Shown here piece after piece: positions 1 to 8,048 of a stretch of 20,540 bases of DNA. Position 1 is the stretch's first letter; the number at the start of each line of letters is the position of its first letter. Where the stretch lies: positions 1 to 20,540 of the forward strand of contig JBHLPG010000050.1 of assembly GCA_048939725.1 (NCBI GenBank), given 5' to 3'. Under the pieces are notes generated by a model that saw only the letters and a list, made by a program, of their open reading frames with translations, ran no database searches and was not told the origin of the DNA. The position numbers and the translations under genes are program-made. The stretch comes from Promethearchaeota archaeon (GTDB taxonomy: Archaea > Asgardarchaeota > Heimdallarchaeia > Hodarchaeales > Hodarchaeaceae).

Positions 1-299
1 TTATTTTGATATGGATTAATACCCTCTAAAACAAAAGCTCGCACACCTGAGGTAATAGCATCATCGACATCAGTATTTTTTATTGCATAAGAGAATAGTA
101 GATAGAGAAAGATGAGTATAATCAACCCAGAAACAGGGTACAAAACCTTATAATCATTCAAATACCTTCTGAAGAGAGAATGAATTCTTCCATCTTCCTC
201 CTCCTTGTGGTACTGAATCCATGAAATCCATAAAGAAATAAAAATTAAATTATAGAGGATAGGTCCTAAAGTAGTGAAAATAATTTCAGAAAAATCCAT
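1..299 (-). CDS. N-terminal part of a multi-pass membrane protein, probably GT-C/GT87-like glycosyltransferase (truncated by window edge)
   Basis: Not in the supplied track. Manual minus-strand translation from ATG at 299: MDFSEIIFTTLGPILYNLIFISLWISWIQYHKEEEDGRIHSLFRRYLNDYKVLYPVSGLIILIFLYLLFSYAIKNTDVDDAITSGVRAFVLEGINPYQN, open to the window edge. Hydrophobic segments followed by a DVDDA...GINPY segment resemble polyprenyl-phosphate-dependent mannosyltransferase N-termini. Confidence 0.6.
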   Translation of the reverse strand, partial: MDFSEIIFTTLGPILYNLIFISLWISWIQYHKEEEDGRIHSLFRRYLNDYKVLYPVSGLIILIFLYLLFSYAIKNTDVDDAITSGVRAFVLEGINPYQN

Positions 300-381
300 T
301 TTGTTATTCATCTAATTCTAATTTTAAATTTTTAATTAAATGGACTGAGGTACGTTATAAATTATGAATAATTCTTAGTTG

Positions 382-534
382 TCATCCTTTTTCGATTTTC
401 AAGCTTTTTTCATCAAGGATTGAAAAGAATATTGTGTCTCCCTTTTTCCATCCCATTTTTTCAATATACTCTTTTGGAATGGTTATCACGTAAGTTGTTC
501 CTGTATTTGTTTTCCTTTCTTGTAGTTTAGGCAT
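382..534 (-). CDS. Small SpoVT/AbrB-like (MazE-type) DNA-binding protein, 50 aa
   Basis: Not in the supplied track. Manual translation: MPKLQERKTNTGTTYVITIPKEYIEKMGWKKGDTIFFSILDEKSLKIEKG*. The pattern T.TY.ITIPKE......GWKKGD is typical of AbrB-fold swapped-hairpin domains. Confidence 0.72.
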   Translation of the reverse strand: MPKLQERKTNTGTTYVITIPKEYIEKMGWKKGDTIFFSILDEKSLKIEKG

Positions 535-727
535 TTTTTCCTCTTATGTAATGGAAACCACTTAATTTTTATGTTTTTTGTATGCTTTTAGTCATTATTA
601 TTACATTATTAATAACTTATTTATTATAGTATATTTCATTAGAAAAACATTTATAATTGCAGTATTATGCATTATTTAGTAGGAAGAATTAATGACATTA
701 TTATAATACAGGGATAGAAAGAGTCAG

Positions 728-1969
728 ATGGTCTCCAAAAATAGACATTTCTGTTCAGTTCACCTGTGGAAATTAACTAGACTATATGTTCTCTTGAATC
801 ATGATCTTTGGTTGTTTCTCTCCTCGTTTTTAAGAAAAACCACAATATCAGGGCTATCAAAAAGGTTGAGAATACAGTATAAAGTTTTAACCAATTTTCG
901 TGACTCCCCTCAGAAGTCAATTTCTGTAAGAAATTTGTTTAAAATCTGCAAAGAGTTGAATTTAAATTTTGAAACAGTTGAAAAGTCAATACGAGCTGTA
1001 CGTTTTTCTAATCACGGTAAATTAGAAAAAATCTCTTTTCCCTTTAATATGGATATCTATTCTTGGCGGTTGATCTGTCATATTATTGGGGATGGAACGA
1101 TCGACAAACGACATTCCTTTCCTTCCTTAACTTGGTCTCAAAACTTAAAAAATCAAGTAGAAATACGTACCTTAATAGAGAGATTAAGTCGTTATCCGAA
1201 TGGTAATAGCATACGAGTTAACTACCCTAAAGGTTTAACTTATGTAATCATGAAAGCTATTCCAGAACTAACTGTTAATGATTTGAAAAAGCCCAAATTT
1301 GTACAATTTGTAATTAACTTGCCATCTGAATATTATGACTGGAAAGTACAATTTCTTACAGCTTTTCTTCTGGATGATGGTAATGTGGGGAAGAATATCT
1401 CATTTGCTCAAAAGAAAAAGGCAATCTTAACTAATGTGATGCGATTATGTGATCAGCTTGGTTATGATCACACTCCTTATCCGCCGAAACTACATCCAAA
1501 TGGAAGAGTTTACAGATTTCGTTTATATCAAGGAGGAGTACTGCAGTTTTATAATGATCTCGAAAGAATCGCTTCTAATGATCCAATATTAGGACTGTGG
1601 CATAAAAAGAGTGATTTGGAATCGGTTATAAACTCGTACAATTTAGATAAGGGCTCAGCATTACGAGACTCACGGGAATTTTATGTTACTCTTCTTGAAA
1701 TTCTTGGAGATCATCAGATAAAAACTACTATAGATCTCCGTAAAAATCCAAGAATACAATCTTTTCTATCAAAAAAGCATCCCAACTTCCTATTACACCG
1801 CTTATACTATTTACGAGATAAAGGATTTATTAGGCATGTTAAGAATAATGAAAAAAGACCTTCTTCGTGGTGGATTCCCCCATCAAATGACCCTGTAAAA
1901 CTGTCAACAGAATTTCGAAAAAATTATGGTCTTAAATCGTTTACATCTTCAAAGAGGGTGAAATTATGA
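728..1969 (+). CDS. Free-standing LAGLIDADG-family homing endonuclease-like protein, 413 aa
   Basis: Two LAGLIDADG-like helices with acidic residues kept: YSWRLICHIIGDGTID and WKVQFLTAFLLDDGNVG, about 105 aa apart, plus a C-terminal region resembling a winged helix (FLLHRLYYLRDKGFIRHVKNNEKRPSSWWI). Confidence 0.7.
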   Translation: MVSKNRHFCSVHLWKLTRLYVLLNHDLWLFLSSFLRKTTISGLSKRLRIQYKVLTNFRDSPQKSISVRNLFKICKELNLNFETVEKSIRAVRFSNHGKLEKISFPFNMDIYSWRLICHIIGDGTIDKRHSFPSLTWSQNLKNQVEIRTLIERLSRYPNGNSIRVNYPKGLTYVIMKAIPELTVNDLKKPKFVQFVINLPSEYYDWKVQFLTAFLLDDGNVGKNISFAQKKKAILTNVMRLCDQLGYDHTPYPPKLHPNGRVYRFRLYQGGVLQFYNDLERIASNDPILGLWHKKSDLESVINSYNLDKGSALRDSREFYVTLLEILGDHQIKTTIDLRKNPRIQSFLSKKHPNFLLHRLYYLRDKGFIRHVKNNEKRPSSWWIPPSNDPVKLSTEFRKNYGLKSFTSSKRVKL

Positions 1970-1985
1970 ATATCTGTGTTTTCCA

Positions 1986-2204
1986 GATGGCATACGACAA
2001 TAAGAAATAGAGAAAAATTATGATTCATGAACCTGGGATAAGATAAAACCAAGTATCATTGCTAAGGTACTTCCTGAAGTAGTGTTTGAGTCCTTGACCT
2101 TCTTCTTCGCGGTGGTACATAAACCAGAGAATCCATAAAGATACAAAAATGAGATTGTAGAGGAAGGGCCCTAAATAGACAAACACTAGTTCTGAAATAT
2201 CCAT
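1986..2204 (-). pseudogene. Decayed N-terminal fragment of a paralogue of the gene at 1..299
   Basis: Manual minus-strand translation from ATG at 2204: MDISELVFVYLGPFLYNLIFVSLWILWFMYHREEEGQGLKHYFRKYLSNDTWFYLIPGS*IIIFLYFLLSYAI. It aligns without gaps over 73 codons to the 1..299 product (about 40 identical residues), contains an in-frame TGA at 2025-2027, and similarity ends about 16 bp from the stop of the LAGLIDADG ORF. Confidence 0.8.
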
Positions 2205-2299
2205 AAAAAACCATCTTGTAGTGAAATTTGTCGTTTAGTATTTGCTTAGAAAAGAATATAAGAAGTCCTCGCCTCAAGTCCTAGATTGAGGTTTAATTT

Positions 2300-3442
2300 G
2301 TGGAAAAAACCACGAAAACTGATGTAGAAGTTACAGAGATCTCGTTACGCCAGGCTTTTGATAGAAAAACGCTTTTACTACTGGGAATTGCCGCGATAGC
2401 GCTATTGATTTACCTATATTTAGGAGAAGTGAGCATTTTCACCATGATTGGGATTATGTTATCAGCAAATCCAATAATTCTTCTTTTAGGTACTGTATTC
2501 ACCTTTATTGCCATTTTAATTGATACAATTGCTTGGAAAGTTCTCTTAGGGATTTCTTCTATCCATCCATCCACTTCATCTATCTACCAAGTTCAACTTG
2601 CCTCATTTTCTTATGGGTTATTAATTCCCAGTGCTGGAGCTGTAGAAGGATTAATGCGTATTGCCTTAGGAACCCAAGAGTTTGATAATGAGTTAGAAAA
2701 TAGAAAAGCGACAAGTGGTGAGATATTATCAAGCGTAATTGCTCATAAGCTATGTGGATTGCTTGCTTTCATCCCTATTTCAGTTTTTGTGGCATTTGCG
2801 ATTATAGCTTATTTTAACGAAATCGTTGAAAATTTGACTGGTCAATCATTATCCGATGAAGTAGCCATTTTCTTTGTCATAATTATCTCTTTTATTTCGA
2901 TAGTTGTCATCTTATTTTTTGGTTTAGTTGCAAAAGCGCCTAATACAGCAAAAGCAGTCGTCACGAATATTTTAAGAATTTTTTCCGTTTTTCCTCTTAT
3001 TGGAACAAGAATGAGGGATCTAATCGAACCATCTGAGAAAATTATAGATGATTTCAGCATCCAATTCTCATATCTTGCTCGAAATAAGTTTTCTTCACTA
3101 ATAGCGCTTATATTAGCCTTTTTTTCACAAATTGCCCACTGGATTTCTATCTATTTCATTCTAACTTCCTTAGCTGGAATAACAATAACACTTGATCAAG
3201 TGGCTGCTGTTAATTTTCTAGGAGGTACAATTGATTTTCTACCTGTCGGTATTCCAGGAATGGCTGGATTGAAAGAGATTACTCTTTCTGTTTTTTTAGA
3301 TATTGGTTTAGGATTAGGTTCTACATTAGCTGCATCTGGAGCTATTTTGGTACAATTAATGAAGTTTTATTTTGTAATTATTGTTGGACTGTTAGTCTAT
3401 GTTGCAGGTAAAACCAAGGTTACTTCTCATGTACAGGAGTAG
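2300..3442 (+). CDS. Flippase-like integral membrane protein (UPF0104 / lysylphosphatidylglycerol synthase TM-domain family)
   Basis: 380 aa, many TM helices, GTG start; motifs SFSYGLLIPSAGAVEGLMRIAL and GIPGMAGLKEITLSVFL match the PAG..E/G..E pattern of this family. Confidence 0.8.
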   Translation: MEKTTKTDVEVTEISLRQAFDRKTLLLLGIAAIALLIYLYLGEVSIFTMIGIMLSANPIILLLGTVFTFIAILIDTIAWKVLLGISSIHPSTSSIYQVQLASFSYGLLIPSAGAVEGLMRIALGTQEFDNELENRKATSGEILSSVIAHKLCGLLAFIPISVFVAFAIIAYFNEIVENLTGQSLSDEVAIFFVIIISFISIVVILFFGLVAKAPNTAKAVVTNILRIFSVFPLIGTRMRDLIEPSEKIIDDFSIQFSYLARNKFSSLIALILAFFSQIAHWISIYFILTSLAGITITLDQVAAVNFLGGTIDFLPVGIPGMAGLKEITLSVFLDIGLGLGSTLAASGAILVQLMKFYFVIIVGLLVYVAGKTKVTSHVQE

Positions 3443-3479
3443 CTTTGCTTCTGATTGATGTTACATATGAAAATGCTTG

Positions 3480-4088
3480 TCAACCATGTTCATGTCTATC
3501 AAAAATATAGACACCTGAAGTAAGCAGTCCTTTTCTATGAAAAATGGAGGCACCTAGAATAGGATAATCAATCGTGATTACTTTACATGAATAGTTTTGT
3601 TTTTTGAACCTACAGATTTCAAATGGATAGAATTCATAATAATGCCCCTGGAATACAAAATTATCTACTCCTCGCAAGATTCTACGGAGAAAATTGAATA
3701 AGGGGCGTATGGAACGACTTTTAGTTGTTGGGACGATTATTATGACCCGTTTAATTGCAATTCGTAGCATATCCTCAATGACTGATGAATAATCCTTAAT
3801 ATGTTCGATAACGTCAAAAGATACAACATATTCAATTGATTGATCTGCAAAAGGAATTTTCATTGCACTTGCTTGGATAACGTTCTCTTGTTGACCAGGA
3901 TTGAGATCAATGCCTAGAACATCTTTATATTTCTGTTTCAACCGATTATGACAGTATAGGTGGCCTCCAACATCTTTATCCCCACAACCAACATCCAAGA
4001 CTCTTTTAGCGCCCCTTGGAATAAACTGTTCAACAATATCCATCTTATTCATACAATATTGGTGATATATACTCGGAATCGAACTCAC
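3480..4088 (-). CDS. Class I SAM-dependent methyltransferase
   Basis: 202 aa; motif I RVLDVGCGDKDVGG, acidic loop VLGIDLNP, motif IV-like YVVSFDVIEHIKD. The start may be at an internal Met (MNKMDIVEQF). Confidence 0.82.
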   Translation of the reverse strand: MSSIPSIYHQYCMNKMDIVEQFIPRGAKRVLDVGCGDKDVGGHLYCHNRLKQKYKDVLGIDLNPGQQENVIQASAMKIPFADQSIEYVVSFDVIEHIKDYSSVIEDMLRIAIKRVIIIVPTTKSRSIRPLFNFLRRILRGVDNFVFQGHYYEFYPFEICRFKKQNYSCKVITIDYPILGASIFHRKGLLTSGVYIFDRHEHG

Positions 4089-4341
4089 CAGAAGTTTTTT
4101 CAGGCTAACCTTAGAGAAAAAGGCTTAAATTTATTAGTTGTCTTATTTCTTTAAGAAATCAAAACTTGGGTTCGACTATTGCAGAATCTCCGCAATCATT
4201 TTAATTGTTAAAAATTGAGGAATATTAAAGATTTAGGCATAAATATTATTTAAAAGGCAATATTGTGACTCAACTGATGACTTGTCATCACGCATCACAT
4301 GTAACAATTGGTTTATGGGAAAATAATAGAAGGAACTGATT

Positions 4342-5676
4342 TTGGCTTTACCTGAATGGTTTATTTTACAATCCCCACCTAATTTAGATATAGATATCAA
4401 GAAGTGGAAAGAATTAGCGTGGAATAGGGTGAAGCTTCTTGAGGAGCTTCCTAAAGGGCGATCACGAGTTGTCCGAGATTATTTCCCACCAACAGATGAT
4501 GATTCATTAACACAGATATATAATGATTACCGTTTAGGAGCATATCTCCTCAGATTAGTTGCTGCGACCAATCGTAGGTTAGAGGCCTGGTTGATAGAAA
4601 CGGAAGGCGATCTATTTGAATATTTGTACTCTGATCGCACATCTGGAGATCAAAAGTGGGAAATTTTCAAGTGTTTATTTGGTTCTGAGAACGTAATGAC
4701 CTATGAAGAGTTCAAGTATAAAATGGACGAAAGGCAAAATGAATATTTAGCTGACCTCTATCACCAATTTTATTCGGCCCGAGGAAGGGTATCAAGTGAT
4801 TTCCTGACGTGTGTTCATTTCACTCAAGTTCCATGGATGGTTTCAAATCGACGAGGATACCTTCGAAAGGGATGGGTAATATCAAATGAAAATTCTTTTC
4901 GAGGGAGTCTTAAGAAAGCTTTTGAAAGCAAGCTCCAAGAAGAGGTGGTAAAAGCTCAGGATCGATTGGGAGTAATCGAAAGTATAGATCAAGCAGTTGA
5001 GGATATTGAACAAAACCTCGCAAGACACACTCAAATTCGTTCCCAATTTTCTTCTGAAGAATTCGAAGGGAGAGACCTACAATCACATCCTGAAATCTTT
5101 CCTCCTTGCATGATATATCTATTCTCAGAATTGGAAAATACAGGACGTCTAATCCACGCACATCGTCTTCAATTAGGTTTCTTTCTAAAGAAAATTGGGA
5201 TGGCTGTTGAAGAACAACTGCTATTTTGGTATGAAAAATCTGTAGATAATCTGAATATTACCTATGAAAATTTCTTACGGACTTCTGGGTACCAAATACG
5301 CCATCTCTACGGATTAGAAGGTGGAAAGAAGGATTATAACGTTCCAAAATGCTCTACTATCGCCACAAGCTATTTCTGTCCATTTGTTCATCTAGCCCCA
5401 GCAATTTTACTCGAGTTTCTTAGTAAAAATTACCTAACTCATGCAAGATCTTTGACTCCACCAAGGAATCACCTTGAAAGAATTGTTTCTCAGAGCGGAA
5501 GTAATCCAACCTTGGCTTGTACGATGTATTTTCCGAGTATCTTTAAGCAATCTCTCTATCGAAAAATAGTTCATCCGTTACAATGGGCTAGATATGCTAG
5601 TCGATTTGAAGGATTAATGGTTGACCAGGAGGAGAGTGATTCATCGGTAAATGAAGAGGCGGAAAGAAATCAGTGA
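4342..5676 (+). CDS. priL: DNA primase large subunit PriL (Fe-S primase, PRIM2-like C-terminus)
   Basis: 444 aa, TTG start. C-terminal Cys motifs FPPCMIYLF, NVPKCSTI, SYFCPFVHLAP, PTLACTMYF, with the RxxLGFFLKKIGM helix between the first two; directly upstream of and overlapping priS. Confidence 0.88.
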   Translation: MALPEWFILQSPPNLDIDIKKWKELAWNRVKLLEELPKGRSRVVRDYFPPTDDDSLTQIYNDYRLGAYLLRLVAATNRRLEAWLIETEGDLFEYLYSDRTSGDQKWEIFKCLFGSENVMTYEEFKYKMDERQNEYLADLYHQFYSARGRVSSDFLTCVHFTQVPWMVSNRRGYLRKGWVISNENSFRGSLKKAFESKLQEEVVKAQDRLGVIESIDQAVEDIEQNLARHTQIRSQFSSEEFEGRDLQSHPEIFPPCMIYLFSELENTGRLIHAHRLQLGFFLKKIGMAVEEQLLFWYEKSVDNLNITYENFLRTSGYQIRHLYGLEGGKKDYNVPKCSTIATSYFCPFVHLAPAILLEFLSKNYLTHARSLTPPRNHLERIVSQSGSNPTLACTMYFPSIFKQSLYRKIVHPLQWARYASRFEGLMVDQEESDSSVNEEAERNQ

Positions 5677-6656
5677 ATCAAGCTCAACAGCGAACCGCTC
5701 TTCGTGATTACTATTCCACCCATTTTAGCTTTGATGACCTATCAAGATTTATTGACTTTTCAAAATTTTCAACGCGCGAATTTGGTTTTGCTACATTTGA
5801 AGGGAAATTTTTTCGGAATATTTCTTTTGAAACCCCTAAAGCATTACTCGATTTTCTGGTAGATCGGACACCCTTTCATGCTTATATTGGTGCGGTATAT
5901 AGCGAACCTCCATCTCGGGAGAATCCCATTCATTCACTTGAGTGGATCGGGCATGAACTTGTGTTTGATATCGATCTAAATGAATACGATGCAGTACGAC
6001 AGTTTGTTTGTAGTTGCCAAGGTGCAGACCAAGTATGCATTCGATGTTGGCAACTAGTTAATCTTGCAGTTCATATCATAGATGAAACATTACGTCATGA
6101 CTTTGGGATGAAGGAGATAACTTGGATTTTTTCAGGACGGCGGGGTGTTCATGGTTGGGTTACAGATGATTTTCTGAATTCTTTAAATCAAGAACAACGA
6201 ATGTCAATTATTGATTATCTATCAATCATTCACGGTGAGGCTGAAACAGCACGAATTCAAGATCGTAAGAAGTTGAAGTATGATTTTAGGTATCGAATTG
6301 AACACACTGTTTTCAAATATTTTCTGAAAACTGTTCGCCGAAAAGATCTAATAGACCTGGGTTTCAGCTCCTCTGGAGCGACCAATATCATGAAGCAATT
6401 GGAATACCAAGAAGGGCAGATTGATGAGAGCTTGTTGAGGAATTTCAATCTTAGGATTGCTAAGATTAATAAATACGATGAAATATTACGACGATGGGTA
6501 CCACGGATAGATCACAAAGTAACTATCGATCTACGACGATTGCTACGATTGCCTACCTCTATACATGGAAAAACGGGCAAAATTGCACAAATATTAGATC
6601 CTAGTAGCATCTTTTCATTTAATCCTGATGAAGAATCTTCCATTTTTGCCAAATAA
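5673..6656 (+). CDS. priS: DNA primase small (catalytic) subunit PriS (PRIM1-like)
   Basis: 327 aa; catalytic VFDIDLNEYD, zinc-type motif CSCQGADQVCIRCW, and SGRRGVHGWV; GTG start overlapping the priL stop by 4 nt. Confidence 0.95.
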   Translation: MNQAQQRTALRDYYSTHFSFDDLSRFIDFSKFSTREFGFATFEGKFFRNISFETPKALLDFLVDRTPFHAYIGAVYSEPPSRENPIHSLEWIGHELVFDIDLNEYDAVRQFVCSCQGADQVCIRCWQLVNLAVHIIDETLRHDFGMKEITWIFSGRRGVHGWVTDDFLNSLNQEQRMSIIDYLSIIHGEAETARIQDRKKLKYDFRYRIEHTVFKYFLKTVRRKDLIDLGFSSSGATNIMKQLEYQEGQIDESLLRNFNLRIAKINKYDEILRRWVPRIDHKVTIDLRRLLRLPTSIHGKTGKIAQILDPSSIFSFNPDEESSIFAK

Positions 6657-6938
6657 GCCTTGAATAGACAAAAAAACTGCAATAAATGCTTCATGTGTGT
6701 GAAGGGAGAAAAAAATTAGAATAGACCAAAAATTTTCGAATCACCCTTTTACGCTTCTTTTTCCTCCTTCCATCTCTTTGTTTTAGGTTAAAAATCCCTT
6801 ATCTTCCAATTGTTTTCTCAATCTTTCATTTTTAATATATAAAGGGTGAATCGGAATCATAGCTGATATGAAATTCTTGATGTATCTCTTTTAAGATCTG
6901 TATTAGCTTTTTACTAGTGAATGAAATGAGGTTCCACG

Positions 6939-7061
6939 ATGTTTTATTGCGAAAGAATTGGGAAAGAGATGTTTGATACACAGGAATGTACGAGCATTGA
7001 TTGTGAACTCTATACTGATGAATGTGACGAAAGACTACAACTAATCAGTCAAACAGAGTAA
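6939..7061 (+). CDS. Possible 40-aa Cys/acidic-rich small protein
   Basis: Manual translation: MFYCERIGKEMFDTQECTSIDCELYTDECDERLQLISQTE*. Four Cys; fills the gap before the convergent dinB gene. No family recognised. Confidence 0.22.
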   Translation: MFYCERIGKEMFDTQECTSIDCELYTDECDERLQLISQTE

Positions 7062-7065
7062 AATT

Positions 7066-7599
7066 TCACCTTCTCAATTTCTTTCTCTGTATTCCTTGGG
7101 GATTTCCTAGCAGATTAAGTAAATAATGAATTTGTCCCCGATGATGTGCTTCGTGAATGTAAAAGGCTTCCAGTAACTCTGTGAACTCCATTTCTTCTCC
7201 CCATGGAGCCTTAACTTTCCTATGGAAGCTTTCTTCTTGACTCTTCTCTAGAAACAATTGTGTTTTATCCTCGATTGCGGATGATAGGTTTTTAATCTCA
7301 TTTTGAGTAAAATGGGGTAATTCATTCAATTTTATGTCATAATCCCCAACCCATTGAGCCCCAACTCCAAAATCTTTGGGTGATGCTGAAGGGTCGAATT
7401 TCTGATGAACGTAAACAACTTCTGAAGCTAACATATGCCTGAAAATTTCATCGATTGCCCATAAATGTTCTTTAGGACGCTTAATGAAGAGTTCGTGTGA
7501 CAGATTATATTTCTCTAAGTATTGCCAGAGTTCTTTTCTGTGTTGTAATACTCGCTTGTATTGAGATTGCCAATAATCTCGATAGATTGAGACAGTCAT
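7066..7599 (-). CDS. DinB superfamily protein
   Basis: 177 aa; four-helix pattern with His at WAIDEIFRHMLASE and FYIHEAHHRGQIHYLLNLLG. Confidence 0.85.
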   Translation of the reverse strand: MTVSIYRDYWQSQYKRVLQHRKELWQYLEKYNLSHELFIKRPKEHLWAIDEIFRHMLASEVVYVHQKFDPSASPKDFGVGAQWVGDYDIKLNELPHFTQNEIKNLSSAIEDKTQLFLEKSQEESFHRKVKAPWGEEMEFTELLEAFYIHEAHHRGQIHYLLNLLGNPQGIQRKKLRR

Positions 7600-7631
7600 T
7601 AAAACCTACCTTAGCAAATTTGCTAATAAAG

Positions 7632-7982
7632 TCAGCTTCTGGAGTATAAACCTAATTCATTTCCAAAACAATCTTTGAATTGAGCTGAAAAGCCAACTCC
7701 AGGAGCAATTTCATATTTTTCCCTAACAATTTCTCCTCCAGCGCTTTCAATCTCCTTAAGCTTCTTTTCTATGTTCTCCACTTCAAAGACGACATTAATC
7801 CCGTGATCAGGGATTTTCTCCACTAAATAGAATCCAATGCTTGCAGAATTTTTAATCTCAACAATACCATAGTTGTTAAATGATTCAAGATCAACATTCC
7901 ATTCGAAAAGGGTTTGATAAAACTCTTTTGCCTTTTTCAAATCAAGAACAGGAATTTCCACATGATTTACAGTAGTTACCAT
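7632..7982 (-). CDS. VOC (glyoxalase/bleomycin-resistance) family protein
   Basis: 116 aa; NHVEIPVLDLKKAKEFYQTLFEW at the N-terminus and FKDCFGNELGLYS at the C-terminus. Confidence 0.88.
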   Translation of the reverse strand: MVTTVNHVEIPVLDLKKAKEFYQTLFEWNVDLESFNNYGIVEIKNSASIGFYLVEKIPDHGINVVFEVENIEKKLKEIESAGGEIVREKYEIAPGVGFSAQFKDCFGNELGLYSRS

Positions 7983-8027
7983 AATTATTCACCAACAAAC
8001 GTCGAATTTTATAAGTTTAAATAGAAT

Positions 8028-8047
8028 TAGTTACCAATTGGTAACTA
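8028..8047. promoter_or_regulatory. 20-bp perfect palindrome TAGTTACCAATTGGTAACTA, probable operator
   Basis: Exact self-complementarity over 20 bp. It lies just past the HxlR stop codon and just upstream of a TATA-like TTATAAAA (8006-8013, minus strand) preceding the VOC gene. Confidence 0.6.
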
Positions 8048-8048
8048 T

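Noticed and set aside
2062-2277. Track ORF of 71 aa on minus strand
   Set aside because: It is a shifted frame over the decayed glycosyltransferase-like fragment; the homologous frame starts at 2204 and has an internal stop.
4060-4100. Possible minus-strand tRNA T-arm (GAGTTCGATTCCGAG)
   Set aside because: The flanking bases do not form a 5-bp stem, no acceptor, anticodon or D arm is found, and the sequence encodes the start (MSSIPSIYH) of the methyltransferase ORF.
4910-5161. Antisense ORF inside priL (also 2842..3060, 3960..4154, 6257..6448, 6512..6694)
   Set aside because: Shadow ORFs opposite well-supported genes, with composition bias and no recognisable family.
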